The notes under the pieces: generated by a model
Database searches by the model: none
What the model was told of the DNA's origin: nothing
The model's input: the letters and a program-made list of their open reading frames with translations, nothing else
Part shown: positions 18,738 to 28,174 of the stretch, in pieces
How the letters are laid out: each line of letters begins with the position of its first letter
Numbering within the stretch: position 1 is the stretch's first letter
Position numbers and translations under genes: made by a program
NCBI GenBank assembly: GCA_964514975.1
Contig: CAZESS010000012.1
Span: 1 to 60,756 of the forward strand
Direction of reading: 5' to 3'
Source: an uncultured Thermoplasmatales archaeon
Lineage (GTDB): Archaea; Thermoplasmatota; E2; UBA202; DSCA01
Length of the DNA: 60,756 bases

Positions 18738-20783
18738 ATGACGGAGCTGGCCATCCTTCCATCGTTCATCACGTCCTTTTTACTGCTGGCCATCGCCGTC
18801 TACCTGCTCGCCCGGGAGACCCGCAAGTCCTACATCATGGTGCTCTCGTTTTTCTGTCTCGTCCTGTGCCTGTGGAACGTCGGCCACATCCTCACCAACG
18901 TCACCGGCGGCGGGCTCCTGTGGGCGAAGGTAAGCACGCTCGCGCTAATCTTCATCCCGCCGGTCGGGTTTCATTTCACGGCGGAGTACACCGGTTTTTT
19001 CAGGAGCCGCCTCTATCTGCTGTTCTATCTGCCCGCCGGGCTGCTCGCGCTCTCCCTGCCGCTGGGGGAATACGTGACCGGGGTCACCTATCTCTCCTAT
19101 GGGTGGGAGCCAGTGTACGACCCGACCTATCTGTCCATCAACTCATGGGTCGGGCTGTTTTTCGTGTTTCTGTCGGGGCTGCTGCTGATACGCCATTACC
19201 GGGAGAGTGTCGGCGTCAAGAAAAAACAGGTGCTGTTCATCCTGGTCGCCATCCCGGCCAACACGCTGTTTTCCTTTCTCACCTACGGCGTCATGGTGGA
19301 GATGTTCAACGTCGCGCAGTTCCCCGTCGGCGCGATGCTGGACATCCTGATGGTGGTGCTCATCGCCTACGCCATCGTCCGCTTCAAGCTGCCCGTCGAC
19401 ACGGCATCGGAGGTCGACTTCCGGGTGCTATCGGAAACGGCCAGCGAGGGCATCTGCATCCTCGACCGGGAGGGCAACATCGACTACGCCAACTCCCACT
19501 GCGCGGAGATGGTCAGCGAGCCGGGCGCAAAGCTGCTGGGCACCCCCTTCCGGGGCTATGTCGCCGAGGGTTCGCGGGCAGCGTTCGACCGGGCGATGGA
19601 CACGACCCTGGCAGGCGACACCATCACCAACTACCCGCTCCAGCTTCAGGGCGGCCAGGACGTGCTCCATGCCGAGATAAACACATCGCCTATCACCTGG
19701 CACGGCCGGACGCTGGGCGCCTTCGTCACCATCCGGGACGTCACCAAGCGCAAGGAGACCGAGAAGGAACTCAAACGCCAGAAAACCTATTTCCAGGCGC
19801 TGTTCGAGGATGCCCCCGAGGCCATCGTGTCCACCGACTCCCGGCACCGGGTCATCGACGCCAACTCGTCGTTCACCGAGATGTTCGGGTACACCGTCGA
19901 CGAGATACGGAACAAAAACATCGATGACTTCGTGCTCCCCGAGGGCAGACAGGAGGAGGGCAGACGGTTCACCCGGATGGTGGTCGGCGGGCAGAGCTTC
20001 GCCGCGGAAACCATCCGGAAACGCAAGGACGGCTCCCTTATTCCCGTCTCCGTTCTGGGCGCCCCCATATTTATCGACGACAAGCAAATCGGGGTGTTCG
20101 GCATCTACCGCGACATCACCGAGCGCAAGGAAGCAGAGGAGGAACGGGAGTTCTACAACTCGCTGCTGCGCCACGACGTCGCCAACAGGAACATGGTCGT
20201 CTACGGCAACCTGCAGATGCTGGAGTCCACCTCGCTCGACCCCGAGCAGCAGGAGATGCTCTCCAACGCGCTGCACGCCATCAGGTCGAGCATCGACCTC
20301 ATCCAGAAGATACGGAACCTCCGGATCGTGGAGGGAGACCGGGAACTGGAGGCCGTGTCGCTCGACGACTGCATAACGCGGGCCATCCGGGGGGCATCCC
20401 ATCAGGCCGACAAGGCGGGCATTGACATCCATTACACGGGCACCGGGGCGGCCGTCATGGCCGGGTCGCTCCTCGAAAACGTGTTTTCCAACCTTATCAT
20501 CAACGCCATCGTCCACGCGGACTGCACACGTATCACCGTCGACGTCGCCAGGGGAGACAACGGCGAGGGCTGCACCGCCACCGTTGCCGACGACGGAAAC
20601 GGCATCGCTCCCGGGGACATGGACGACCTGTTCCGCCCCGGCAAAAAACGGCGGGGCAGCCCGGGCAGCGGCCTCGGCCTCTACCTGGTCAAAAAAATCG
20701 TTGAAAGCTACGGTGGCCACATCGAGGGGCACACGCCCGACGAGGGCGGCACCGTGTTCAGGGTCAGGCTCCGCTGCGCCTGA
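18738..20783 (+). CDS. Sensor histidine kinase: 7TM - 2xPAS - HisKA - HATPase
   Basis: Seven hydrophobic segments, RDVT.RK/RDITERK PAS ends, RHD H-box, NL..NA, DDGNGI, GSGLGL. Confidence 0.92.
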   Translation: MTELAILPSFITSFLLLAIAVYLLARETRKSYIMVLSFFCLVLCLWNVGHILTNVTGGGLLWAKVSTLALIFIPPVGFHFTAEYTGFFRSRLYLLFYLPAGLLALSLPLGEYVTGVTYLSYGWEPVYDPTYLSINSWVGLFFVFLSGLLLIRHYRESVGVKKKQVLFILVAIPANTLFSFLTYGVMVEMFNVAQFPVGAMLDILMVVLIAYAIVRFKLPVDTASEVDFRVLSETASEGICILDREGNIDYANSHCAEMVSEPGAKLLGTPFRGYVAEGSRAAFDRAMDTTLAGDTITNYPLQLQGGQDVLHAEINTSPITWHGRTLGAFVTIRDVTKRKETEKELKRQKTYFQALFEDAPEAIVSTDSRHRVIDANSSFTEMFGYTVDEIRNKNIDDFVLPEGRQEEGRRFTRMVVGGQSFAAETIRKRKDGSLIPVSVLGAPIFIDDKQIGVFGIYRDITERKEAEEEREFYNSLLRHDVANRNMVVYGNLQMLESTSLDPEQQEMLSNALHAIRSSIDLIQKIRNLRIVEGDRELEAVSLDDCITRAIRGASHQADKAGIDIHYTGTGAAVMAGSLLENVFSNLIINAIVHADCTRITVDVARGDNGEGCTATVADDGNGIAPGDMDDLFRPGKKRRGSPGSGLGLYLVKKIVESYGGHIEGHTPDEGGTVFRVRLRCA

Positions 20784-22071
20784 AACGCCGCAGCGGTTTC
20801 GCGAGATGACGACGCGCGACCACGGGCGCCTCGTACCAGCCCGGCTGCAACCCGCGCTCCACCCGCTCAAACAATGCCTCGCTCTCGGCCGCCCGTTGCC
20901 CGCAGACAGCGCAGCGGTATCCCTGGTTGCGGCCATGGGACTTCATGTGCTTGCCGCAGTCCGGGCACACCGGGTTTTCCACCTTGCAATGGCATGGCAC
21001 CAGCCGCCGAACATGGATTTTTTCCAGGTTCACGGTGAGAGGTGAGGGGCGGACGCCTCCGCAGGCGGCGACCACGTCGCCGGGGCGAAGCCGGCGCACC
21101 ACGTCACGGAACTGCTTCGTCGGCTCATAGGCCGCACAGGCGATGCTGCCATCGTCATCGGACAGCGAAAACAGCACATGCCCTCCCTCGAGGGTATGCG
21201 GCACATCCGCGACGGTGCCCCTGACCACAACGGACTCATATGGCTTTATATCTTTGATGGCTCGCTGCCAGAGATGGTCGTCGGTCGCCTGGTTGGTCTC
21301 GAAGAGCAGCCATCGGGCAACCTCGCTGGAGGCAACGCTCTCCATTGCCATGGGGAGCACGGCTGCCTCGTCCCCGCGGATGCCGTATAGGACGGGGCAG
21401 GGTGAATGCGGCGTGATCGCCACGTGCCCGTTTGCATGGTCAATGCTGTCAAAGGTCGACGGAAAACAGCGGTCCATCTCCCGCACCGACGCCCCGTCGA
21501 CCCACCGCTCCCCGCCGTTCCGGTATGTGATGAGCTCATAGGTCACATCACCGGGACGCCACGCGGTCGCGGCGGCAGCGCCGATGATTCCCCGACCGTT
21601 CTTGTAGCCGAGACAGGAGCCATCGGCCATCCCGACGAGCTCACGAACCATCGTTTGCTCGACGATGCCGTGCACCGCCCGCTCGTAGAGCTCTGCGGGG
21701 AGCTGCTCCGGGACGACCACCAGCCCGGGATTCGTTGTTTCGTCGTCGAACATCGCCCGCCGGCGGAGCACCGCATCCGCGGCATCGAGCACCCTGTCCA
21801 TGTCGACGGCATCGTCATGGCATCCCGGATAGCCATGGCGCTCACCATCTACATCACCGAGCAGCAGCGGGTCTCCCCGACCATGGCCAACATGGATGGC
21901 GATGGCGCCGTTGCCCCGTGTCTTCCAGGGAACGTTGGGGTTGAGCCGGACCAGCCGGGGCATCCCGATGACGTCCAGCCCGAGGTCGTTGACCGCCACG
22001 ATAAGGTCTCCTGCCAGATGGGTGGTACACATGCCGGCGCTGCTGTCGGTGTCGTCAACCCCGAGCCACAT
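20764..22071 (-). CDS. tiaS: tRNA(Ile2) 2-agmatinylcytidine synthetase
   Basis: DDTDS..GMCTT, RLNPNVPWKTRGN, GRGIIGA, TNQATD.H, AAYEPT, Zn ribbon, RRHLAKP. Confidence 0.95.
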   Translation of the reverse strand: MWLGVDDTDSSAGMCTTHLAGDLIVAVNDLGLDVIGMPRLVRLNPNVPWKTRGNGAIAIHVGHGRGDPLLLGDVDGERHGYPGCHDDAVDMDRVLDAADAVLRRRAMFDDETTNPGLVVVPEQLPAELYERAVHGIVEQTMVRELVGMADGSCLGYKNGRGIIGAAAATAWRPGDVTYELITYRNGGERWVDGASVREMDRCFPSTFDSIDHANGHVAITPHSPCPVLYGIRGDEAAVLPMAMESVASSEVARWLLFETNQATDDHLWQRAIKDIKPYESVVVRGTVADVPHTLEGGHVLFSLSDDDGSIACAAYEPTKQFRDVVRRLRPGDVVAACGGVRPSPLTVNLEKIHVRRLVPCHCKVENPVCPDCGKHMKSHGRNQGYRCAVCGQRAAESEALFERVERGLQPGWYEAPVVARRHLAKPLRRFRRSGA

Positions 22072-22107
22072 AAATCTTTTATATAAGGGAGCAGTATTTT
22101 AGTTTTG

Positions 22108-23016
22108 ATGAAAAAGGAACTCCTGGAGGACACCAGGGGCCTGCTGGCCCGGGCGGGCTTCTACATATCGGAGGTGTGCACCATCCGCCCGTCGAGCTTC
22201 GACTTCGTGGCCCGCCGGGACAGCGCCCTCCTGCTGGTCAAGGTGCTGAACAACATCGACGCACTGAGCGAGGAGGTCGCTCAGGAGCTCCTTTTTCTCG
22301 CGAAGCATCTCGACGGCATCCCGCTGCTCATCGGCAACCGCACGGGCGCCGGGGCGCTGGAGGACGAGGTGGTCTACTATCGCTACAATGTTCCCATCAT
22401 CACGCTCGCCACCCTCGAAGACTACCTGCACGGCGTGCATCCGCTCATCTGCGCCGCGCCGGGCGGTTTCTATGTCCGGCTGAACGGCGAGCGGCTCCGC
22501 AGGATGCGAGCCGAGCGGGATATATCTCGGGGACAGCTCGCCTGGATGACCGGCGTGTCACGGCGAACCATCCGGATGTACGAGCAGGGAGAACGGGCGA
22601 CCATCGAGATGGCCGAGAAAATCGCCGGGATGCTCGGCGAGGACGTCCTGCAGCCACTCGACCTTGCCTCGTTCCTTCAGGAGCAGGAGGTGGAGGTCAA
22701 CCGTCATTTCAGCGACTGTATGCTCTCGCTGCTCGAGGCACTCAACGTGTCCATCATCCCCACCGACCGTTCCCCGTTCAACGCCATCTCGCGGTTCATG
22801 GACGAGATGCTGCTCATCGCGACGGAATGCCACCGCGTCAGAGAGCGAGCACGCTTGCTCTCCGACGTGTCGCGCGTCGTGGAGCGGCCGTCCGTCCTGT
22901 TCATGGAGTCAACATCGCGGATCAACATCGCCGGCATCCCCGTCATCGGGCGCGAGGAGCTCTCCACGCTGGATGACCCGCTCGGGCTGTTCGAACTCAT
23001 ACGGGAACGGGAATAG
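22108..23016 (+). CDS. Archaeal XRE-type HTH transcriptional regulator (COG1395-like)
   Basis: FDFVARR..LLLVKVL.NID, APGGFYV, HTH GVSRRTIRMYEQG; divergent from tiaS. Confidence 0.85.
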   Translation: MKKELLEDTRGLLARAGFYISEVCTIRPSSFDFVARRDSALLLVKVLNNIDALSEEVAQELLFLAKHLDGIPLLIGNRTGAGALEDEVVYYRYNVPIITLATLEDYLHGVHPLICAAPGGFYVRLNGERLRRMRAERDISRGQLAWMTGVSRRTIRMYEQGERATIEMAEKIAGMLGEDVLQPLDLASFLQEQEVEVNRHFSDCMLSLLEALNVSIIPTDRSPFNAISRFMDEMLLIATECHRVRERARLLSDVSRVVERPSVLFMESTSRINIAGIPVIGREELSTLDDPLGLFELIRERE

Positions 23017-23017
23017 C

Positions 23018-23674
23018 GTGCAGGTGGAACTGCTTTCCAGTACACCTGAGGGCGACCTGCTGTCCGCCATGGCCGCCAAGCTGACGCATTCCAGGAGCAG
23101 CATCGCCGAGCTCCGCGAGGACGACCCGGACATGCTGCGCGGCATGCTCCGCCACGTCATCGACCTCGGACATGACAGCGTCATCGAGCATGCCACCTAT
23201 ACCTTCGGCATCTCCGGCGTCTCGCGCTCGCTGACCCATCAGCTCGTCAGGCACCGCATCGCCTCCTATTCGCAGCAGTCGCAACGCTACGTGGAATCCA
23301 GCCGGGAGTATGTCACGCCGCCATCCGTCGCCGCCTCCGGAAAGGAAAAACGGTACCATGCGGCGATGGAGGCCATCTGGGATGCCTACGAGGAGCTCAA
23401 GGAGGTGGTGCCAAAGGAGGATGCACGCTACGTGCTGCCCAATGCCGCCTGCACCAAGATTATTGTGACGATGAACGCCCGGTCGCTGCACAATTTTTTC
23501 GAGCTTCGCTGCTGTCTGCATGCACAGTGGGAGATACGGGCGCTGGCCTGGAGGATGCTCCGGCTGGTCCGCGATGCCACGCCGGTGATTTTCGACAATG
23601 CGGGGCCGCCCTGCAAGACCAGGCAGCGGTGTCCCATGGACAAAAAGAGCTGCCGCTGGTATCCCAAAGATTAG
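23018..23674 (+). CDS. thyX: FAD-dependent thymidylate synthase
   Basis: GHDSVIEH, RHRIASYSQQSQRY, EDARYVLPNA, AQWEIR; GTG start at 23018. Confidence 0.95.
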   Translation: MQVELLSSTPEGDLLSAMAAKLTHSRSSIAELREDDPDMLRGMLRHVIDLGHDSVIEHATYTFGISGVSRSLTHQLVRHRIASYSQQSQRYVESSREYVTPPSVAASGKEKRYHAAMEAIWDAYEELKEVVPKEDARYVLPNAACTKIIVTMNARSLHNFFELRCCLHAQWEIRALAWRMLRLVRDATPVIFDNAGPPCKTRQRCPMDKKSCRWYPKD

Positions 23675-25404
23675 CCGGGGGAGGGCTGCAGCAGCGGGCG
23701 CCAGTCAAAGTTGAGCCATGGCACCGGCAGGCGAAATCCAACGACCGGCTTGGGCAGCAGGTGTGGTCGGCCCCAGTAGTTGTGGTTCCAGCGGTTGCGC
23801 GGCACCAGCGGATTCCGGTCGGCGGAGATAAAGGTGGCGTGGCGCCGTTCGCTGTCAAAAAAATTGTTATGGCGGATGACGTTTCCGGTGGAACCGATCC
23901 AGACTGCGACCATGTTGCCCGTGAGATTGTTCGCCTCCACGTGGTTGCTGTTGCTCGACGGGCTGATGTCAACGCCGTACTCGCTGCCCCGGATGTCGTT
24001 GTGGCTGATCCGGTTACCCGTGCTGTCATAGTGCAAGGAGATGGCGCGCGTGTTGTCTCTGAACATGTTGCCCGAGATGGTGTTGCCATGGCTTTCCTGC
24101 CAGAGGGAGACGGCCTCGGTGTTGTTGGCCAGCATGTTGCCCGAGATCGTGTTGTTGTCGGAGAGGTCGAGCTGTATCCCGTGCCAGTTGTCACGGATGC
24201 TGTTGTCCGTCACCGTGTTGCCCTCTGACCACATGGAGACGCCGTCGTTGTTACCCCGGATATGGTTGCCCGTAATGCGGGTATGATGGCTGAACGGCCC
24301 GACGTCGACGCCCTCGAACTCGTTGCCGACGACGGCGTTGCCGGCAACCTCGTTGTCCGACGCGTTCCAGAGCATCACGCCCTGGAGGTTGCCCGATATC
24401 TCGTTGTCAAGGATGCGGCAGTCGGATGACCCATAAAGCTGGACGGCAACCGTCGTGTTGGTGAGCTGCAGGCCGCGGACCGTTATCCCGGCGCAGTCGA
24501 CCAGGAACACCTGCCCCGCCTCCACCACCGAGCTATCCGACGCGCCCTCCAGGTAGACCAGCGGCTGGCCGTTGACCGTGTTGTCCCGGACGACGTTGCT
24601 CCGGTATTCATACATGGTTCCCAGCCCGCAGCCGACAAACGTGTTGTTGTCGATGACGTTGCCCGAGGACACGAGCTGCAGGCCGCCATATCGCTGGTCG
24701 CGGATCACGTTGCCCGAGATATGGTTGTCCGTACCGCCGGCGAGCACGCCCTGCGCGGAGGAGCCATTCACCACCCGGTTTCCCATGACAACGTTGTCCA
24801 CGGCGTCCTGCAGCAGCAGGCCCGCTATCTCGTTGCCGTCCAGCACGTTGCCCTCGACGACGCAGCCCCGGGCATCTCGCAGCAACATGCCCTCGGTGTT
24901 CTGCAGCATCATGTTGTCTGCCAGGCGATGGCTGGCTCCCTCGCAGACGACGCCGTACTGGTTGTCCCGCAGCACGACATCCCGGACCGTGCAGCCGTGG
25001 GAGACAAGATGCAGGCCCGCACGGCACGTCCCGTTCGCCCCGCTGTTCCGCAGCGTCATATTTGCAACAAAAACATCCGGGGCGGCGATACAAACGACCG
25101 TTCCATTGCCGCCGCCGTCGACAACCGTCGCATCACGGTGCTCCCCGAGCAGCCGGACGCTCGTCGCAACGACAACATGCTCCCTGTAAGGGGAAGCATC
25201 CTCGTACACATAGACGGTGTCGCCGTCACCGGCGGCGTCGAGAGCCGCCTGAATGCTGCTGTAGTTGCCGGGGCCGGAGCCGCCCACGTACAGCGTGGTT
25301 TCCTGTCCCATCGCACCGTCTCCCTCCCCGTCAAAATAGAGGCCGAACAGCATCAACATCATGACAACACACATGACCAGACCCGCACGTTGCATTGCCT
25401 CCAT
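23671..25404 (-). CDS. Secreted parallel beta-helix (NosD/CASH) protein
   Basis: Signal peptide, LYVGGSGPGNYSSIQAA cap, N.I..N repeats, NYW and DWRP C-terminus. Confidence 0.88.
   Translation of the reverse strand: MEAMQRAGLVMCVVMMLMLFGLYFDGEGDGAMGQETTLYVGGSGPGNYSSIQAALDAAGDGDTVYVYEDASPYREHVVVATSVRLLGEHRDATVVDGGGNGTVVCIAAPDVFVANMTLRNSGANGTCRAGLHLVSHGCTVRDVVLRDNQYGVVCEGASHRLADNMMLQNTEGMLLRDARGCVVEGNVLDGNEIAGLLLQDAVDNVVMGNRVVNGSSAQGVLAGGTDNHISGNVIRDQRYGGLQLVSSGNVIDNNTFVGCGLGTMYEYRSNVVRDNTVNGQPLVYLEGASDSSVVEAGQVFLVDCAGITVRGLQLTNTTVAVQLYGSSDCRILDNEISGNLQGVMLWNASDNEVAGNAVVGNEFEGVDVGPFSHHTRITGNHIRGNNDGVSMWSEGNTVTDNSIRDNWHGIQLDLSDNNTISGNMLANNTEAVSLWQESHGNTISGNMFRDNTRAISLHYDSTGNRISHNDIRGSEYGVDISPSSNSNHVEANNLTGNMVAVWIGSTGNVIRHNNFFDSERRHATFISADRNPLVPRNRWNHNYWGRPHLLPKPVVGFRLPVPWLNFDWRPLLQPSPG
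25204..25299. repeat. 96-bp direct repeat, copy 1 (5 mismatches to 27468-27563)
   Basis: Aligned by eye; encodes TTLYVGGSGPGNYSSIQAALDAAGDGDTVYVY. Confidence 0.9.
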
Positions 25405-25476
25405 AACGGGCGATGTCTTTTAACCGTTGTCGCCCTGCAAAGCATTTATAAGAGAGACGGGTATTTGACCTGAATC

Positions 25477-26448
25477 ATGCACTCCCAGCAGCGACGCCGC
25501 CTCATCAAGGCGGAGGCGACAACCAACCCCCATTACGGCAAAAAACCCGTCCACAGGAGCATGGAGGAACACATCAACAACGGCGTGGTCATCGTTGACA
25601 AGCCAGCCGGCCCGACCTCGCACCAGGTCACAGCATGGGCCCGGGACATCTTCCATCTCGACAAGGCCGGCCATGGCGGCACCCTCGACCCCGACGTCAC
25701 CGGCGTGCTGCCCGTCGCCCTGGCCAACGCCACCAAGACCATCGGGCTGCTGCACGAAGCCGGTAAGGAATACATCGCGGTGATGCGCCTCCACGGAGAC
25801 AAAAACAAAGGGGAGATACGGGACGCCTGCCAGGAGCATATCGGCATGGCCACCCAGATGCCCCCCGAGCAGTCGGCCGTCAAGCGCGAGGAGCGAGAGC
25901 GGGAGATATACGACATCGACGTCCTGGAGACCAAGGAACGCGACGTCCTGTTCCGCGTCTCCTGCGAAGGCGGCACCTACATCCGGGTGCTCTGCGAGGA
26001 CATCGGCACAACACTGGGATGCGGCGCCCACATGCACGAGCTCCGTCGCACCAGAAGCGGCCGGTTCACCGAACAGGAGGCATACACGCTGCACGACATC
26101 CTCGATGCATACGTGTTCTGGCAGGAAAACGACAGCGAGGAGATAAAAAACATTATAAGACCCCTGGAGGATGTACTGCCCCACATCCCGGCGGTGGTCA
26201 TCAGGGACTCAGCCATCGACGCCGTCTGCCACGGCGCCGACCTGGCGGTCACGGGCATCCTGCAGGTGGACACCGGCATCACCCCCGGCGACCAGGTGGC
26301 CGTCCTATCCCTGAAAGGAGAAGGTGTCGCCATCGGCCTCGCCACGATGTCAACACGCGACATCATGGAACAGGACCAGGGCATCGCCGTCGACACCAAG
26401 CGCGTGATCATGCACAAGGGCACCTATCCCTCCATGTGGAAAAAATAA
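25477..26448 (+). CDS. cbf5: H/ACA RNA-guided pseudouridine synthase Cbf5
   Basis: DKPAGPTSH, GHGGTLDP, GTYIR, ELRR.RSG, PUA domain, YPSMWK. Confidence 0.96.
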   Translation: MHSQQRRRLIKAEATTNPHYGKKPVHRSMEEHINNGVVIVDKPAGPTSHQVTAWARDIFHLDKAGHGGTLDPDVTGVLPVALANATKTIGLLHEAGKEYIAVMRLHGDKNKGEIRDACQEHIGMATQMPPEQSAVKREEREREIYDIDVLETKERDVLFRVSCEGGTYIRVLCEDIGTTLGCGAHMHELRRTRSGRFTEQEAYTLHDILDAYVFWQENDSEEIKNIIRPLEDVLPHIPAVVIRDSAIDAVCHGADLAVTGILQVDTGITPGDQVAVLSLKGEGVAIGLATMSTRDIMEQDQGIAVDTKRVIMHKGTYPSMWKK

Positions 26449-26475
26449 CGCCGCCGCATACCCGGTTTACATCAT

Positions 26476-26561
26476 GCTGAGGTAGCCCAGCTCGGAAAGG
26501 CGCAGGCCTGGAGAGCCTGTGGGGCTCACGCCCCTCGAGGGTTCAAATCCCTCCCTCAGCG
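26476..26561 (+). tRNA. tRNA-Ser (GGA)
   Basis: GCTGAGG/CCTCAGC acceptor, CAGGC-CTGGAGA-GCCTG arm, long variable arm GGGGC..GCCCC, GGTTCAAATCC, G73. Confidence 0.95.
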
Positions 26562-26666
26562 CTCTTTTACCGGCATGGTTTATAAAAATTATCTGCGGGA
26601 GGACCAGCCGGGGCGGGCTGTCATGTTGCGTTATCGCGGTCATGCCAGAACAGGAAATGGCCGTAT

Positions 26667-27668
26667 TTAGGTGTAACTGGATGCGATGGATGCGGAGGGG
26701 TATGGCTCCGTTGCCGGGTGCCAGTCGACCTCTATCCAGGGCATGAACAGGCCGATGAGGCTGAACGATGGGATGTAGATGGCGCCGTAGATGATTTTTC
26801 CGCCAACATGGTTCCAATCGTCCCAGTAGTTCTGGCGCCATGTGTTAGGCGTGAGATATCCGGGGCGGAGGAGTTTTATGAATCGTGCATGTCTGATGTT
26901 GGAAATAAAGGTGTTTGACGTGATGGTGTTGCCGGCGGCGTAGGAGCAAAACAGTCCCTCCTGGTTGCCGGCGAAATGGTTGCCGATGACTGCGTTGCCG
27001 GGGCTTCCCTCGAGGTATATGCCCTTGGAGCAGTTGGAGATGGTGTTGTAGCTGATGGTCTGGCTGCCGGCAGCGGCGTAGACGCCCGATATGCCGGGAT
27101 GGATGCGATTGCGGGTTACGGTGTTCGACGGCGAATTCCTGTCGATGTAGACGCCGGTGTACCGGTGGCCCGTGATAATGTTGCCTGACAGGGTGCATGC
27201 CGACGCCGCCGAGAGGATAACGGCGTGGTGTTCGCTGTCGTCGACAACGGTGTCTTTGAGGACGACATGGTCGGCGGAGATGTTGACGCCCGCGGTGTTC
27301 TCTCCGCCACCCGCTCCCGTGACGGTGATGTTGTCCACGACGGTGCCGGCAGCGGCGATGTCGACCACGGTTCCCGCCCGGTCCCCGGCGATGATGGTGT
27401 CATGCCGGTGTTCGCCGGTCAGACGCAACTGGCATGATATGCTGATGGTTTCCCGGTATGTTCCGCTGTACACGTAGACGGTGTCCCCGTCACCGGCGGC
27501 GTCGAGAGCCGCCTGAATGCTGCTGTAATTGCCGGGACCGGAGCCGCCAACGTACAGCGTGGTGTCATTCGCCACGGCGGCGGCGTGCTGCATCCCGATG
27601 TCGGAAAATGGCATTGCCATCAGGCCGATGGATACCACCAGCGCGATGGCGACATGTGTTCCCTGCAT
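26667..27668 (-). CDS. Secreted parallel beta-helix (NosD/CASH) protein
   Basis: Start MQGTHVAIAL.. with signal peptide; same cap motif as 23671-25404; NYWDDW and DWHPA C-terminus. Confidence 0.88.
   Translation of the reverse strand: MQGTHVAIALVVSIGLMAMPFSDIGMQHAAAVANDTTLYVGGSGPGNYSSIQAALDAAGDGDTVYVYSGTYRETISISCQLRLTGEHRHDTIIAGDRAGTVVDIAAAGTVVDNITVTGAGGGENTAGVNISADHVVLKDTVVDDSEHHAVILSAASACTLSGNIITGHRYTGVYIDRNSPSNTVTRNRIHPGISGVYAAAGSQTISYNTISNCSKGIYLEGSPGNAVIGNHFAGNQEGLFCSYAAGNTITSNTFISNIRHARFIKLLRPGYLTPNTWRQNYWDDWNHVGGKIIYGAIYIPSFSLIGLFMPWIEVDWHPATEPYPSASIASSYT
27468..27563. repeat. 96-bp direct repeat, copy 2
   Basis: Matches 25204-25299 with 5 synonymous differences. Confidence 0.9.
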
Positions 27669-27846
27669 TATGTGCCCCGTATCGGGAACGGATATGGCTA
27701 TAAAAAAACTCTGCTGGAGCTCTGCGGTTTGCCGGCGATAATACCACGGGGACCATCCCATTCCTGGGTTTGTGGCCACCGGCGCCTCTGACAGATACCA
27801 ATAAATAAATATACCTGCAGCCAATACTATCCCTGAGGAACCTACT

Positions 27847-28038
27847 ATGGAAGGAACCGTAAAAAGATGGCTCACCTCATACGGGTTTATCGGCGCTGAC
27901 GAGGTCGACGAGGATGTCTTCGTCCATGAATCCGACGTGAAGTCCCGTATGCCGTTGAGCGAAGGACAAAAAGTCTCGTTTGAGTTAAAGGAAGAACCGC
28001 GCGGCCCCAAGGCCGTGAACGTCGAAATCATAGAGTAA
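27847..28038 (+). CDS. csp: Cold-shock domain protein (CspA family)
   Basis: GTVK.W, YGFI (RNP1), DVFVH (RNP2), GPKAVNV. Confidence 0.93.
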   Translation: MEGTVKRWLTSYGFIGADEVDEDVFVHESDVKSRMPLSEGQKVSFELKEEPRGPKAVNVEIIE

Positions 28039-28174
28039 TTTTTCTCTGTTTTTCGAGTGTTCGTGCTGCACGTGACAGGTTGACAATGGATGCCATAGCC
28101 ATGCATCCGTCGTGCCGAACGTGCGGTCGGGATAATCTTTAAACGCGCAGGTGTATGTTGCTTACATAACGGCT

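Noticed and set aside
22664-23017. Apparent N-terminal fusion on ThyX
   Set aside because: It overlaps the HTH regulator in another frame; ThyX homology begins at GTG 23018.
27669-28106. N-terminal extension of the 479-aa ORF 26667..28106
   Set aside because: It runs antisense across the csp gene; the signal peptide and cap motif start at 27668.
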